From: Macrostomum hystrix
Lineage: Eukaryota; Animalia; Platyhelminthes
Direction of reading: 5' to 3'
DNA length: 64,000 bases
Assembly: GCA_950097015.1 (NCBI GenBank)
Contig: CATNEN010000025.1
Coordinates: 2,170,001-2,234,000 of the forward strand
Position 1 is the first letter of the stretch. Every line of letters begins with the position of its first letter. The notes under the pieces were generated by a model that made no database searches, was not told where the DNA came from, and was given only the letters and a program-made list of their open reading frames with translations. Made by a program: the position numbers and the translations under genes. This document shows positions 12,801 to 25,440 of the stretch, piece after piece.

Positions 12801-15800
12801 TCTAGTGTATCTGGTATGGATCTAGTGTATCTGGTATGGATCTAGTATATCTGGTATGGATCTAGTATATCTGGTATGGATCTAGTATATCTGGTATGGA
12901 TCTAGTATATCTGGTATGGATCTAGTATATCTGGTATGGATCTAGTATATCTGGAATGGATCTAGTGTATCTGGAATGGATCTAGTATATCTGGTATGGA
13001 TCTAGTGTGTCTGGAATGGATCTAGTATATCTGGAATGGATCTAGTGTATCTGGTATGGATCTAGTGAATCTGGAATGGATCTAGTATATCTGGTATGGA
13101 TCTAGTGAATCTGGAATGGATCTAGTATATCTGGTATGGATCTAGTGAATCTGGAATGGATCTAGTATATCTGGTATGGATATATTGTATCTGAAATGGA
13201 TCTAGTGTATCTGGAATGGATCTAGTATATCTGGTATGGATCTAGTGTATCTGGAATGGATCTAGTATATCTGGAATGGATCTAGTGTATCTGGAATGGA
13301 TCTAGTATATCTGGTATGGATCTAGTGTATCTGGAATGGATCTAGTATATCTGGTATGGATCTAGTATATCTGGTATGGATCTAGTGAATCTGGAATGGA
13401 TCTAGTGTATCTGGAATGGATCTAGTATATCTGGTATGGATCTAGTGTATCTGGTATGGATCTAGTATATCTGGTATGGATCTAGTGAATCTGGAATGGA
13501 TCTAGTATATCTGGTATGGATCTAGTATATCTGGTATGGATCTAGTGAATCTGGAATGGATCTAGTATATCTGGTATGGATCTAGTATATCTGGAATGGA
13601 TCTAGTGAATCTGGAATGGATCTAGTATATCTGGTATGGATCTAGTATATCTGGTATGGATCTAGTATATCTGGTATGGATCTAGTGTATCTGAAATGAA
13701 TCTAGTATATCTGGAATGGATCTAGTGTATCTGGTATGGATCTAGTATATCTGGTATGGATCTAGTATATCTGGTATGGATCTAGTATATCTGGTATGGA
13801 TCTAGTATATCTGGTATGGATCTAGTGTATCTGGTATGGATCTAGTATATCTGGTATGGATCTAGTATATCTGGTATGGATCTAGTATATCTGGTATGGA
13901 TCTAGTGTATCTGGAATGGATCTAGTGTATCTGGAATGGATCTAGTATATCTGGTATGGATCTAGTATATCTGGTATGGATCTAGTATATCTGGTATGGA
14001 TCTAGTGAATCTGGAATGGATCTAGTATATCTGGTATGGATCTAGTATATCTGGTATGGATCTAGTGAATCTGGAATGGATCTAGTATATCTGGTATGGA
14101 TCTAGTATATCTGGTATGGATCTAGTATATCTGGTATGGATCTAGTGTATCTGAAATGAATCTAGTATATCTGGAATGGATCTAGTGTATCTGGTATGGA
14201 TCTAGTATATCTGGTATGGATCTAGTATATCTGGTATGGATCTAGTATATCTGGTATGGATCTAGTATATCTGGTATGGATCTAGTGTATCTGGTATGGA
14301 TCTAGTATATCTGGTATGGATCTAGTGTATCTGGTATCGATCTAGTGTATCTGGAATGGATCTAGTGTATCTGGTATGGATCTAGTGTATCTGGTATGGA
14401 TCTAGTGTATCTGGAATGGATCTAGTGTATCTGGAATGGATCTAGTGTATCTGGAATGGATCTAGTGTATCTGGAATGGATCTAGTGTATCTAGAATGGA
14501 TCTAGTGTATCTGGAATGGAACTATTGTATCTGGAATGGATCTAGTGTATCTGGAATGGATCTAGTGTATCTGGAATGGATCTAGTGTATCTGGAATGGA
14601 TCTAGTGTATCTGGAATGGATCTAGTGTATCTGGAATGGATCTATTGTATCTGGAATGGATCTAGTGTATCTGGAATGGATCTAGTGTATCTGGAATGGA
14701 TATATTGTATCTGAAATGGATCTAGTGTATCTGGAATGGATCTAGTGTATCAGGAATGGATCTAGTGTATCTGGAATGGATCTAGTGTATCTGGAATGGA
14801 TCTAGTGTATCTGGAATGGATCTAGTGTATCTGGAATGGATCTAGTGTATCTGGAATGGATCTAGTATATCTGGAATGGATCTAGTGCATCAGGTATCGA
14901 TCTGGTGTATCTGTAATCTGGGTGTAGCATTCTTAGTGTCCGCACAGTGAGGTATGGGCAGTAACACCTGAAAGTGCGAGCCTGTCCTGATGCTCCACTC
15001 AAAGCCACTCGTCACTAGGCAGAAGGACTAGTGCCGAAAACAGAGGATGGGATCGAGCAGAAAAGGGAGCTGAAAGGAGCAGCGAACAAGGCGGAGCAGT
15101 TTAGGAAGATGGGGGGGAACACAGGCAGTCGGAAGCTGCTTTCTAATTAGCACATTTCAGTTCCTTCAAAGCCACCCGCAGTCGGTCATCCGTTAAATCC
15201 GCCTCTCTCTGCAGTGTTCGCAGATTCATTTTAATTGGCCTCTCAAACCCACAGGCGACTCACAAAGGGCCGGCGAAAATCTTGAAAGAGAAAGAAAAAG
15301 AGTGCCACGCGTCCGGCAGAGATTTCAGTGAGAATTTTCTGCAGCCCTTCGACCAGAAGGTGACCTTGAGTGTGTTGCAGAATGAGAGAGTGCATAGACT
15401 CGCTGGCAACTGGCTTTTTCCGAGCTCCTTTCTGTTTGCTGTTACGACAGAAATTCACTGTGTCGATTTCCACAATGCCGCCTAATTTATTTTCTAACCG
15501 TGGAGCTGACAGACTAGCTGACAGACTAGCTGACGGACTAGCTGACAGACTAGCTGACAGACTAGCTGACAGACTAGCTGACGGACTAGCTGACAGACTA
15601 GCTGACAGACTAGCTGACAGACTAGCTGACGGACTAGCTGACAGACTAGCTGACAGACTAGCTGACAGACTAGCTGACAGACTAGCTGACAGACTAGCTG
15701 ACAGAGAAGCTGACAGACTAGCTGACAGTCTAGCTGACAGACTAGCTGACAGAGTAGCTGACAGAGTAGCTGACAGAGTAGCTGACAGAGGAGCTGACAG

Positions 15801-17283
15801 AGTAGCTGACAGAGGAGCTGACAGAGTAGCTGACAGAGTAGCTGACAGAGGAGCTGACAGAGGAGCTGACAGAGTAGCTGACAGAGGAGCTGACAGAGGA
15901 GCTGACAGAGTAGCTGACAGAGGAGCTGACAGAGTAGCTGACAGAGTAGCAGACAGACTGGCTGACAGAGTAGCTGACAGAGTAGCTGACAGAGTAGCTG
16001 ACAGAGTAGCTGACAGAGTAGCTGACGGAATTGGTGACACAACAACTGATATATTAAGCTAGGTCTTAGAAACAATTCTGCTTAAAGTGCATTCATGAGA
16101 CTGCAGCTGTTCTTCTCACTCTTGTAATAATTGCTAAAGTGAGGCTTCACTTAATCTTCCATGCTCATCGCCGACTCTTTTCCGTCTGCAAGCTCGGCAA
16201 TTTATTTTTTAGACAAAAATATCCCAAACGGAAAAAAAGAGGTTTCTGACTTTGCGAACTAGCGAGCTGCACGCGATAGAGATACGTAGATCCCATTTCC
16301 GCATAACCTTGGACTTCCTGAATGCTTTCTTGCTTGTCTGTCTCTCTCCGTGTTCTCTCTCTCTGATTTAAGAGCCTGCTTGTGATTAGGTCGTACAGTT
16401 CGTGACAGGCTCAATTGAGTAGCGATTGGGATTATTTTGTTCAGTAAAATCTGGCTTCCACCCGAAGCGGTGTTTGTTTTGTTTAATTTAATTCAGACTG
16501 CTGCATTGTAGCGACATTTCAAATCTCAGAGTGGGGAGGGAAGACCCTGTGCGCAAAGCAAAGGGACAAAAATTTAAAAAGCACTTCGTAATATCCCTTT
16601 TTCTGTTGTTCCCTTCCTTGTTTTGTCGTTTGCCTTGCCTGAAAAAAGTTGTACTCTTGGCTTGAGACGTGAGGATATTGGGGAAAAAACTGAGGGGCTG
16701 AGAGGAAAAATAAAGAAAAAGAAGACATATGGAGAGAGGCAGAGAGGGAGAGAGATGGGGAGATGGGATGGAGAGAGGGAGGGAGAGAGGGAGGGAGAGA
16801 GGGAGGGAGAGAGAGAGGGATGGAGAGAGGGAGGGAGAGAGGGAGGGAGAGAGGGAGGGAGAGAGGGAGAGAGCGAGGGAGAGAGGTAGAGAGGGAGAGA
16901 GGGAGAGAGGGAGGGAGAGAGGGAGGAAGAGAGGGAGGGAGAGAGAGAGCGAGAGAGGGAGAGAGGAAGAGAGGGAGGGAGAGAGGGAGATAGGAAGAGA
17001 GGGAGGGAGAGAGGGAAAGAGGGACAGCGAGAGGGAGAGATGGCGAAGGAGGTGAAATTACTCAAGCTAAAGAGTTTAACTCGGAAGAGGGACACAAGAG
17101 AGAGTCAAGGCCAGAATATGTCGTTTGCAGGCACAATGACCTGGTGTTGCCTGTAGGGATTAGGGATAAATTGAAAGAAATACAAGCTATCAGGGCTTTT
17201 GAGAATGGCAAGTTACAAACATATTGTTAGTTCGACCGAACGGAAAAGTTGCCTTTGGTGTGCAGTTGCCCTTTACCTCGGGC

Positions 17284-17324
<41 letters not shown>

Positions 17325-20300
17325 ACGTGTTTCATCTCCTTAATCTCGCGGCTCCCGACTGCGCCACCTGACGCAGATATTCAGCCTAGCGTCCTACTGA
17401 CTGCCGCATTCCCTTCCCGTATCTTTAATCCGATTGACTTTGGGGGAAGGGCGAGTTCTGGTGGGATAAAAGTGCCCCCCAAGCCTCTTTCCTAAAGGAT
17501 TAAAAAGTATAAACGGAAATTCGAGTGCTTTCCCTCAATCTAATAAGTATAAAAAGTAATGTCAGAAATCAGGTAATTACCTTTGGTTACATCTAGCGTA
17601 GAAAGCTATTTTCAACGCCTCTTTGCTTCATGTACAAACAGCGCTTTGCACAGCTTGTTAAGCTCCTAATAATAATTTTCTTTTTTGAATAATGATAAAA
17701 ACTGCGGATAATTATTTTGGGGTTTCGACGTGGCAGGGAGTGAGGTGGCTGCTTGATGCAGCTAGCTTTGATAGGTAGGGAGTGAGGTGGCTGCTTGATG
17801 CAGCTAACTTTGTTAGGTAGGGAATGAGGTGGCTGCTTGATGCGACTGGCTTTGATAAGGCGGGGAGTGAGGTGGCTGTTTGATATGAGAGGTGACATTT
17901 GTGACAGTAAAAACTAACAATTTGCTTATCTGATTGCCATGCAGGTGATCAGAATCAAATGCGAGGAGAAGCAGCACTGTCGCCTTGTCACCGCCAGACA
18001 ATCAGACTTGGTTTCCTCCGACCCGTACCAGCTGGAGTCATGCGAGCAGCTGACACCACTGCTGACCATCTCATATGTCTGCGAGCCAAGTGAGCTATTA
18101 AAATTGCTTTATTCGCTTGGATTTTTGGCCCTAATTTAGGGAGTACGCAACTGGTTGATGAGTAATTGAAATCGTCAACTTACGCACTAATCTGCTACCC
18201 GATTCAGACATCAGCAGCCGCTTTCTCTGCGCCGACACATATGCCACCATCGCCTGTGAGGACAGCCAGCTGAGGCTGCTCCTGCTTGACGCCATCCTGA
18301 CTGACCGACATCTTTACCGCGATTCCACCTGCCCCAGCACCGCCAACCCGGAGCAGGGCGCCGCGAGGTGTCCCGACAGGTCAGCGCTAGCCGGCGTCCG
18401 GCCCGACTGCGGTGGCCGGCAGACCTGCACCGTGGGGGCCGCCCAGGGCGCCGGACTTGTCGGCTGCGCCAGGCCCAACCTCCTGCTGGCGTACGCCTGT
18501 GGTGAGTTGGTTGGTTTATGATTGGTTGGTTGGTTGGTTGGTTGGTTGGTTAGTTGGTTGGTTGGTTGGTTGGTTGGTTGGTTGGTTGGATGGTTGGTTG
18601 GTTGGTTGGTTGGTTGGTTGGTTGGTTGGTTGGTTGGTTGGTTGGTTGGTTGGTTGGTTGGTTGGTTGGTTGGTTGGTTGGTTGGTTGGTTGGTTGGTTG
18701 GTTGGTTGGTTGGTTGGTTGGTTGGTTGGTTGGTTGGTTGGTTGGTTGGTTGGTTGGTTGGTTTGTGATGCGCAAGTGACTCTAGTAAAATCCTATTCGT
18801 ATTTTCCAGTGCCTCGAAAGAGCATCGCCGATCCGACGAAGCCGCTTGTTGACAGATACCCAGACGGAAGTGGCGGCGATGGCGGCGGAGGCGGCGGCGG
18901 CGGTGTCGCTCAGGTTGTCAGGCCGCCCAGGCCAGGCCCGGACAGGGGCCGCGGCGGCAGCGAAGCACCGGGCGGAGGTCTGCAGGCGGACAGCCGTCCA
19001 CAGCCACCCCCGGTTTCTAGAGAGTCGGACACGGAAGGCAAGGACGCCGGTACGAGCTGAGGGGAAGGGAGATTATTTTGGGTATCTTCGGTTTAGGACT
19101 AGAAAGGATTAGGGATTAATAATCGCGTGGGATTTTTTTCCTTTCTCTCCCTTTTGCATCTCTCCGTCGCGACTGAAAAAAAATTGAGAAGAGGATAAAA
19201 AGCGAAGCCGGTCAGCCCGGCACTGGGAGTATTTGGGGATAAACAGGAAAAAGGGGATCATTGGGAGAGAGAGAGGCGGAGAAGAGTAGCGGGCCATATT
19301 TTGAGTAGCGCTCCTTCCTGTCCGGCCACTTGGGATCAGTTGTGCCGAGCGGCAACGTGGAATTAGAGCGCTGCGACTGGGTCAGGGGGGATCCGGGATG
19401 CGGCAGCTGGGACCAGCCGGCCGTGGGCAGACTGCCAAATTGGGATATCAGTGCCAGGATTGGCACGGACAGACGGAGGACAGACATCTGTTACAGACTG
19501 ACAGAATCTGTTACAGACTGACAGACATCTGTTACAGACTGACAGACATATGTTACAGACTGACAGGCATCTGTTACAGACTGACAGGCATCTGTTACAG
19601 ACTGACAGAATCTGTTTCAGACTGACAGAATCTGTTTCAGACTGACAGAATCTGTTTCAGACTGACAGAATCTGTTTCAGACTGACAGAATCTGTTTCAG
19701 ACTGACAGAATCTGTTTCAGACTGACAGAATCTGTTACAGACTGACAGAATCTGTTTCAGACTGACAGAATCTGTTTCAGACTGACAGAATCTGTTTCAG
19801 ACTGACAGAATCTGTTTCAGACTGACAGAATCTGTTTCAGACTGACAGAATCTGTTTCAGACTGACAGAATCTGTTTCAGACTGACAGAATCTGTTACAG
19901 ACTGACAGAATCTGGTTCAGACTGACAGAATCTGTTTCAGACTGACAGAATCTGTTTCAGACTGACAGAATCTGTTTCAGACCGACAGACATTTGTTACA
20001 GACTGTCTGTAACAGTCATGAAGACAGACATGAAGTACTGAATTACAGACAGCGGACAGGAAAAATGGCCTGAGAGTGAGACTGGACAGCATGCAGGGTG
20101 GACGGTGAGGGCAGTCAGGGAGAGTGTGAGATCGGCGCCTAACAGAACAGCCTGACTAACGCTCTCTGACAAATGCGCAAGCTTTAATAATTTATCAAAT
20201 TTTCCCCTTTCCTGTCTCCATCTATGTAAAATGCAACATGAACGGGAAACAAAAAACTATTTTTTATTCCTTCATCTGCAGTCCCTGTCTCTCTGGTGAG

Positions 20301-23300
20301 CTGTGCCATCTTAACACGCCCGCCATCCGCAAAATCCTTTGGGGGGTGGAGGCGGGATCTGTAAGGTGAAGCGAAACCAAAACTGCCGCGGATTCACTAT
20401 GGCATGTCGCCTCTATGGGATCTCAGTCTCCGCCCCATCCTACTCACAAGCCTCTCCCTTCTCTCCCTGCCCTACAATTCTAACTACCTTTTTCTCTCCT
20501 AGGGCGCAACTTTTTCTTAATTAATCTTTAGTTAAACTTGGCACTTTGTGTGGTAGTGCGCTTGTTCGGAACGAATTCTATAAACCAAGCTTGCAGTTTT
20601 TAATTCGTTTAAAATACGAATGCACATTAAATTTGTGCACGCGTAGAATTCAGTTTAAAATATTTTTAGCCAGTTCAATTGTAAGACGATTTTTTTTTCT
20701 AGGAATAGGAATAAGGGATATTTTGCATTTTTTTAAATATCAGACGGTGTCTTTACTTGTAAAATTTGGGATTTCAGAAGATTTCATGGAATCTGCATGG
20801 GATTTCTTGGAATCTGGGACTTCTCGGAATCTGGGATTTCTTAGAATATGGGATTTCTTGGAATCTGGGATTTCCTAATATCTAGTTTTTCTTGGAATCT
20901 GGAATTTCTTGAAGCTGGGACTTCTCGGAATCTGGGATTTCTTAGAATATGGGATTTCTTGGAATCTCGGATTTCCTAATATCTAGTTTTTCTTGGAATC
21001 TGGAATTTCTTGAAGCTGGGATTTCTTGGAATCTGGGATTTCTCGAGAGATGGGATTTCTTGACATTTTAGATATCTAGCGCTGTCCTTACTCGTAAAAT
21101 TTGGGATGTCAGAAGATTTCTTGATCTTGAGTTCCTATCTTGGAAATCTTGGGTACAGTTTTTCTTGGAATTTGGAATTTCTTGAAGATTAAATTTCTTT
21201 ATATCTTGTATTTCTTGGAATCTGGGATTTCTCGGAATCAAGGACTTCTCGGAATCTGGGATTTCTCAAAATCCGGGATTTCTTGGAATCTGAGATTTCT
21301 TGGAATCTGGGATTTCTCGGAATCAAGGACTTCTCGGAATCTGGGATTTCTCAAAATCCGGGATTTCTTGGAAATCTGAGATTTCTTGGAATCTGGGATT
21401 TCTTCGAATCCGGGATTTCTTGGAATCTGGGATTTCTTAGAATATGGGATTTCTTGGAATCTCGGATTTCTTGGAATATTGGATTTCCTAAAATGTGGGA
21501 TTTATTTGAGTCTAGGATTTCTTGGTATTTAGGGATTTGTATGAAATTGGGATTTGGAATTTGAGTCCTGTAAGTTATGGAATACATGTGAAGATCTATA
21601 AATTTAGATTCCAACATTTTTTAGATTTTGGTTAGGTCACGATCTTATTACTTATTGATTTGTTTTAGTGCATATGGGATTCCTGTGCGTTTCAGTTATC
21701 TGCCTGGGCCCAGCAGGATTTGGAAATAGACTCGGTGGGTCGCACAGCTACTTAACCTGATGCAGAACACAAGCTGAATGATAATTGCCATAATTTCTAG
21801 TTTGAGCTGGTGTTAAAGCAAATCATGTTTAGCTGCTGATTGGCATTTGAGGTTATTAGCCGAGGTGCCACTTAATATTTTGATCTCAGAGCTCTGTATG
21901 GGGTGGGGGCGGCTTGCGGTTCGAGGACAGTTTTTTCAGATGGAAGCAGAAAATTTTTTTTGCCTGCCTTGCTGCAGTCCTGTTATCTCCGCTAGCATGT
22001 CCTCGGGGTGGGCGGAGCTTCGGGGTCGTCGGGGTCGCCACCCATTTTTTTTAGAAAATTGCAACAGCTGCTGTGGCTGGAGCTCGTCTCTCTGGCTGCG
22101 CGAGTGGAGTTACATAATCAGCCAGGAGCGCACATGTCCGACAAAATTATAATGCCTTCTTTCCGTTTGCTGCTGCTCTCTCTCTCTCTCATCTGACAAA
22201 ACCCCCCATCATCTTCTGCTTCTCTTTGCTTTTCTTTGCTTTTTTGTGACAATTTCCCCTCTATTTTTTCCCATCTTTTCGTCGTCTTATCATCACTTGC
22301 TGGAAATTCCACTCCAAATGAGGTTCATTGTTAAAATAATTTGGGAACAATTATAAGAAAACAAGAATGGAATGAGAGAAATGGAATTTAAAAAATGGGA
22401 TTTAAAAATGGGACGATAAAAACGGGACTACAGAAATGGGACTACAGAAATGGGATGACAGATATGGGATTTCGAAAATGGGATGACAGAAATGGGATGA
22501 CAGATATGGGATGACAGATATGGGATGACAGAAATGGGATGACAGAAATGGGATGACAGATATGGGATGACAGATATGATATGACAGATATGGGATGACA
22601 GATATGGGATGACAGAAATGGGATGACAGATATGGGATGACAGAAATGGGATGACAGAAATGGGATGACAGATATGGGATGACAGATATGGGATGACAGA
22701 AATGGGATGACAGAAATGGGATGACAGATATGGGATGACAGATATGGGATGACAGAAATGGGATGACAGATATGAGATTATGGAAATGAGAAATGGGATG
22801 ATGGAAATGGGACTACAGAAATGGGATGACAGAATGGGGATTAAAAAGGGGAATGATAGAAACGGGATTATAGAACCACTTTACCTTGAACGAAATCTTG
22901 TTTTACCAACCCCCCGTAACCAGACAACGGCGTCCTTGGCAACGCCCAATTGGTGGGTGGCTGCGCAGCCGGCGTCTCGGCCCTTCTGTTGGTGGCGAGT
23001 GTTGCCGGTTGCCTAGCAACCAGACGCTATCTGGCGGCCAGGCGGCGCCGCGAAGAGGAACGGCTGGCCAGGGTGCACCTCAGCAAGCAGATACCGCCAC
23101 CTTCGACTTGCCTGCCGATGCCGCCAGCCGCGGAGGCGCTGCTGAAGCTCCCGGCGCCGATGCAGTCGTCGGATGGCCAGCCGGCCTCACAGACGGTGTC
23201 GGTGTGTCTCAGTGGTCAGCTGAATTCGCCGCCGCAGACAGCGTCGACATCGTCGGCAGCTGACGCTGGCAGCGATCGGCAATCGTCGTCAACGTCCACA

Positions 23301-23432
23301 TTTCTGACGGGGACAACCGGCTCCGGCTCGTTTCCGTCACCAAGGGAGTCCTTGGCAACATATTCTGTGCATAGAAATCATTGCGCTAGCGCCGTGCTGC
23401 ACGAGATTAATCAGCAACTGGCTATGATCTAG
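3835..23432 (+). CDS. EVA-1/EVA1C-like type I membrane protein (two SUEL/galactose-binding lectin-like domains, Gly/Pro linker, TM, Ser/Pro-rich tail); 5'-partial, multi-exon
   Basis: Exons 3835-4067, 17945-18089, 18208-18501, 18810-19049 and 22924-23432 join through GT-AG introns in consistent phases (1/0/1/1/1). The spliced protein gives [20 protein letters not shown]...CTISRAER|[12 protein letters not shown]...LTISYVCEP and [14 protein letters not shown]...CGGRQTCTV...LLLAYAC|VPRK, the SUEL cysteine pattern twice. A TM segment ([23 protein letters not shown]) is followed by RR..RRRR and a stop at 23430-23432. No signal-peptide exon was identified. The family call rests on architecture, not alignment. 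Confidence 0.75.
4601..4950. repeat. 15-bp minisatellite (CCAGCCACCTCACTC), ~23 copies
   Basis: Visible tandem array; the core is the reverse complement of the 28-bp array core. Confidence 0.95.
5616..6240. repeat. 16-bp minisatellite (CAGATGTCACTCCTTC), ~39 near-perfect copies
   Basis: Visible tandem array. Confidence 0.97.
6846..14915. repeat. 8-kb intronic 20-bp satellite (ATCTGGAATGGATCTAGTGT), ~400 copies with variants
   Basis: Visible tandem array inside the 13.9-kb intron of the lectin gene. Confidence 0.98.
15504..16026. repeat. 12-bp minisatellite (GCTGACAGACTA / GCTGACAGAGTA)
   Basis: Visible tandem array. Confidence 0.95.
16730..17045. repeat. GA-rich low-complexity tract (GAGAGAGGGAGG-like units)
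   Basis: Visible. Confidence 0.9.
17736..17880. repeat. ~42-bp repeat x4 carrying the GGGAGTGAGGTGGCTG core
   Basis: Cores at 17736, 17778, 17820 (variant) and 17863. Confidence 0.85.
18506..18762. repeat. (GTTG)n microsatellite starting at a splice donor
   Basis: Visible; begins right after GTGA of the donor at 18502. Confidence 0.97.
19478..20015. repeat. 20-bp minisatellite (TCTGTTTCAGACTGACAGAA)
   Basis: Visible tandem array. Confidence 0.95.
20765..21560. repeat. Degenerate ~17-bp repeat (GAATCTGGGATTTCTTG)
   Basis: Visible, diverged copies. Confidence 0.85.
22415..22830. repeat. 14-bp minisatellite (ATGGGATGACAGAW)
   Basis: Visible tandem array. Confidence 0.93.
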
Positions 23433-23705
23433 CTGCATGGATGATTGATCTAGCTGGATAGATGATTGATCTAGCTGGATAGATGATTGATCTAGCTGGA
23501 TTGATGAATGATCTAGCTGGATTGATGAATGATCTAGCTGGATTGATGAATGATCTAGCTGGATTGATGAATGATCTAGCTGGATAGATGAATGATCTAG
23601 CTGGATAGATGAATGATCTAGCTGGATAGATGAATGATCTAGCTGGATTGATGAATGATCTAGCTGGATAGATGATTGATCTAGCTGGATTGATGATTGA
23701 TGTTA
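23424..23705. repeat. 21-bp minisatellite (GATCTAGCTGGATWGATGAWT) overlapping the lectin-gene stop codon
   Basis: Visible; the TAG stop at 23430-32 is part of the first unit. Confidence 0.93.
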
Positions 23706-24361
23706 GATCCAGCAAGATAAAGAAACCAGCCAGCATCTGAAAGCAGATCAAAGCCAAAATAGTATACAGAAAATGTAGGAATCTCCCACAAACACTCAGC
23801 AGCCACGTATTTTACGTCAGCCACTCACTCAACCCCCATTATCTGTTCCCTCTCATCTCCGTTCCGTGTATTTGCGACAGCGTCTAAACACATCGAGAAT
23901 ACTCATTTAGTACCTGTATATGACTGGCAGATTTTTAATTAATTTAATTTAAGCAACGCTTAAATTTATCAACATTTTAAGCAAGCATATCAAGACTATC
24001 AGCCCCATGTTGTACATATTCCATGTTTGATGTTTGCTAATCGTATATCTATGTGCCTATAAGTGTTCTGTGTTATTCTTGTGACCCGCACAAATTATTT
24101 CTGGTATTAGTAGAAGTATATAAAAAAACTTGACCTAAAAGCACCAAAACCCTAATGAATTCGCGTATTTTGAACAAATATTTTTTTATTTAAACTACAA
24201 CGGCGTAATTTTTGGAATTACACGAGCGAACTGTCAAATATTATATTCAAACAACAAGTTAAATAATTCAGATACTATGACTGCAGAATATCCAAATCTA
24301 GAATGTTATATTGAATGTCTTGAGACTTTCAAATTACTTGTACTTTAGACAACTGTTCAAA

Positions 24362-24450
24362 AGTCTTCAGTTTATCCAGCTACAAAATTAGATCGAAGGG
24401 CGGGGCGGTTCAGTCCATGGACTGAACAGTTGTGTACACAGGGTTTGAAA
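24362..24450 (+). mobile_element. 5'-truncated family A SINE fragment
   Basis: TTCAGTTTATCCAGCTACAAAATT...GTTCAGTCCATGGACTGAACAGTTGTGTACACAG matches the 3' half of the family A copies. Confidence 0.5.
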
Positions 24451-25094
24451 AGTGTCATTAGTATAAGGTTTACATCGATTACTATAATGTAATTATGTAA
24501 GCATAAGTGCTACAAAATACACTCCTACTTCAGTGCCGCGTACAAAAAACGGAACATCCAAGCAATGAGCTGCTCCAATATTCCTAAATCCTGTAAACTC
24601 GCCAGAAAAGCATAAGCTGGCAGTGTTATTTACAACCGACCAGTTGGCACAGAATGAATTCCAGGAAGTGAATTTAAATTTCCAATTTCAACGAGACAGA
24701 AGAATCAGTGGACGGCGTTTTTGTTATATTTTGATCCTTTAAAAATCAAATCGCATGACAACAGTTTTGTGGGAATATTCCGCGTCAATTATACAAATTG
24801 AATACTGTAGCTGAAGTCTTGCTTAAAAAAAAATTATTTTGGCAATGGGAATTGCTTCAAAAGGCTTGCCTCGCAGCAGCAAATTATTTCTGTTTTTTTA
24901 ACATCTCCATGTATTCACTGCTTTCGAATCACAATGCTTCTATATTTATCCCTTCTCTGCATGTCTGCGCCCAACCTTCCCAAATCCTGTTTAATCCCAT
25001 TCTCTATTTATCCCATAGTCCAGGTCTGCGCTTATCCAATTCTCAAGTTTTTTTATCTCAATTTCAAATTTCCTCTCTTTCGCTAGGCAGCCTG

Positions 25095-25355
25095 ATGCCT
25101 CGGGATTCGAGCTCTAGACTTCTGATCGTGAGGTCGAGAGTTCGATTCTCAGGCCAAGGAGGAAAAATTTTGCCCTTGAGCAAGACATTTTATTCCCTTC
25201 AGTTTATAGGGATTGAAATTTGGGTCGGTGTGGCGGTCTCCCTTGTCCACGGACTGAAGAGTTGTACACAGCGCCCCTGGCTGTAAAACCTGGGTCAATC
25301 GGACAGGGGCAACTTCTATTATGCTATTCTGTAATAATAAATAATAATAATAATT
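25095..25355 (+). mobile_element. tRNA-derived SINE related to family A, with (AAT)n tail
   Basis: B box GAGTTCGATTCTC, CCCTTGAGCAAGACA, GTCCACGGACTGAA, ending in AATAATAAATAATAATAAT. More diverged than the other two copies. Confidence 0.6.
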
Positions 25356-25440
25356 GCAGGAGGGTTAAGGGCAATGGCACATCATTTAGTGACACTAGAC
25401 CTGCAGCCAGCGAGGAGGCAATTCTGCCCATTCCGCTGAC

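Noticed and set aside
17285-17318. (GCA)n poly-Ala ORF
   Set aside because: A short intronic trinucleotide repeat with no splice or coding support.
19290-19470. GC-rich stretch as a possible extra exon of the lectin gene or an antisense exon
   Set aside because: No convincing donor, the flanking exons already join in phase, and no recognisable motif. Unresolved rather than excluded.
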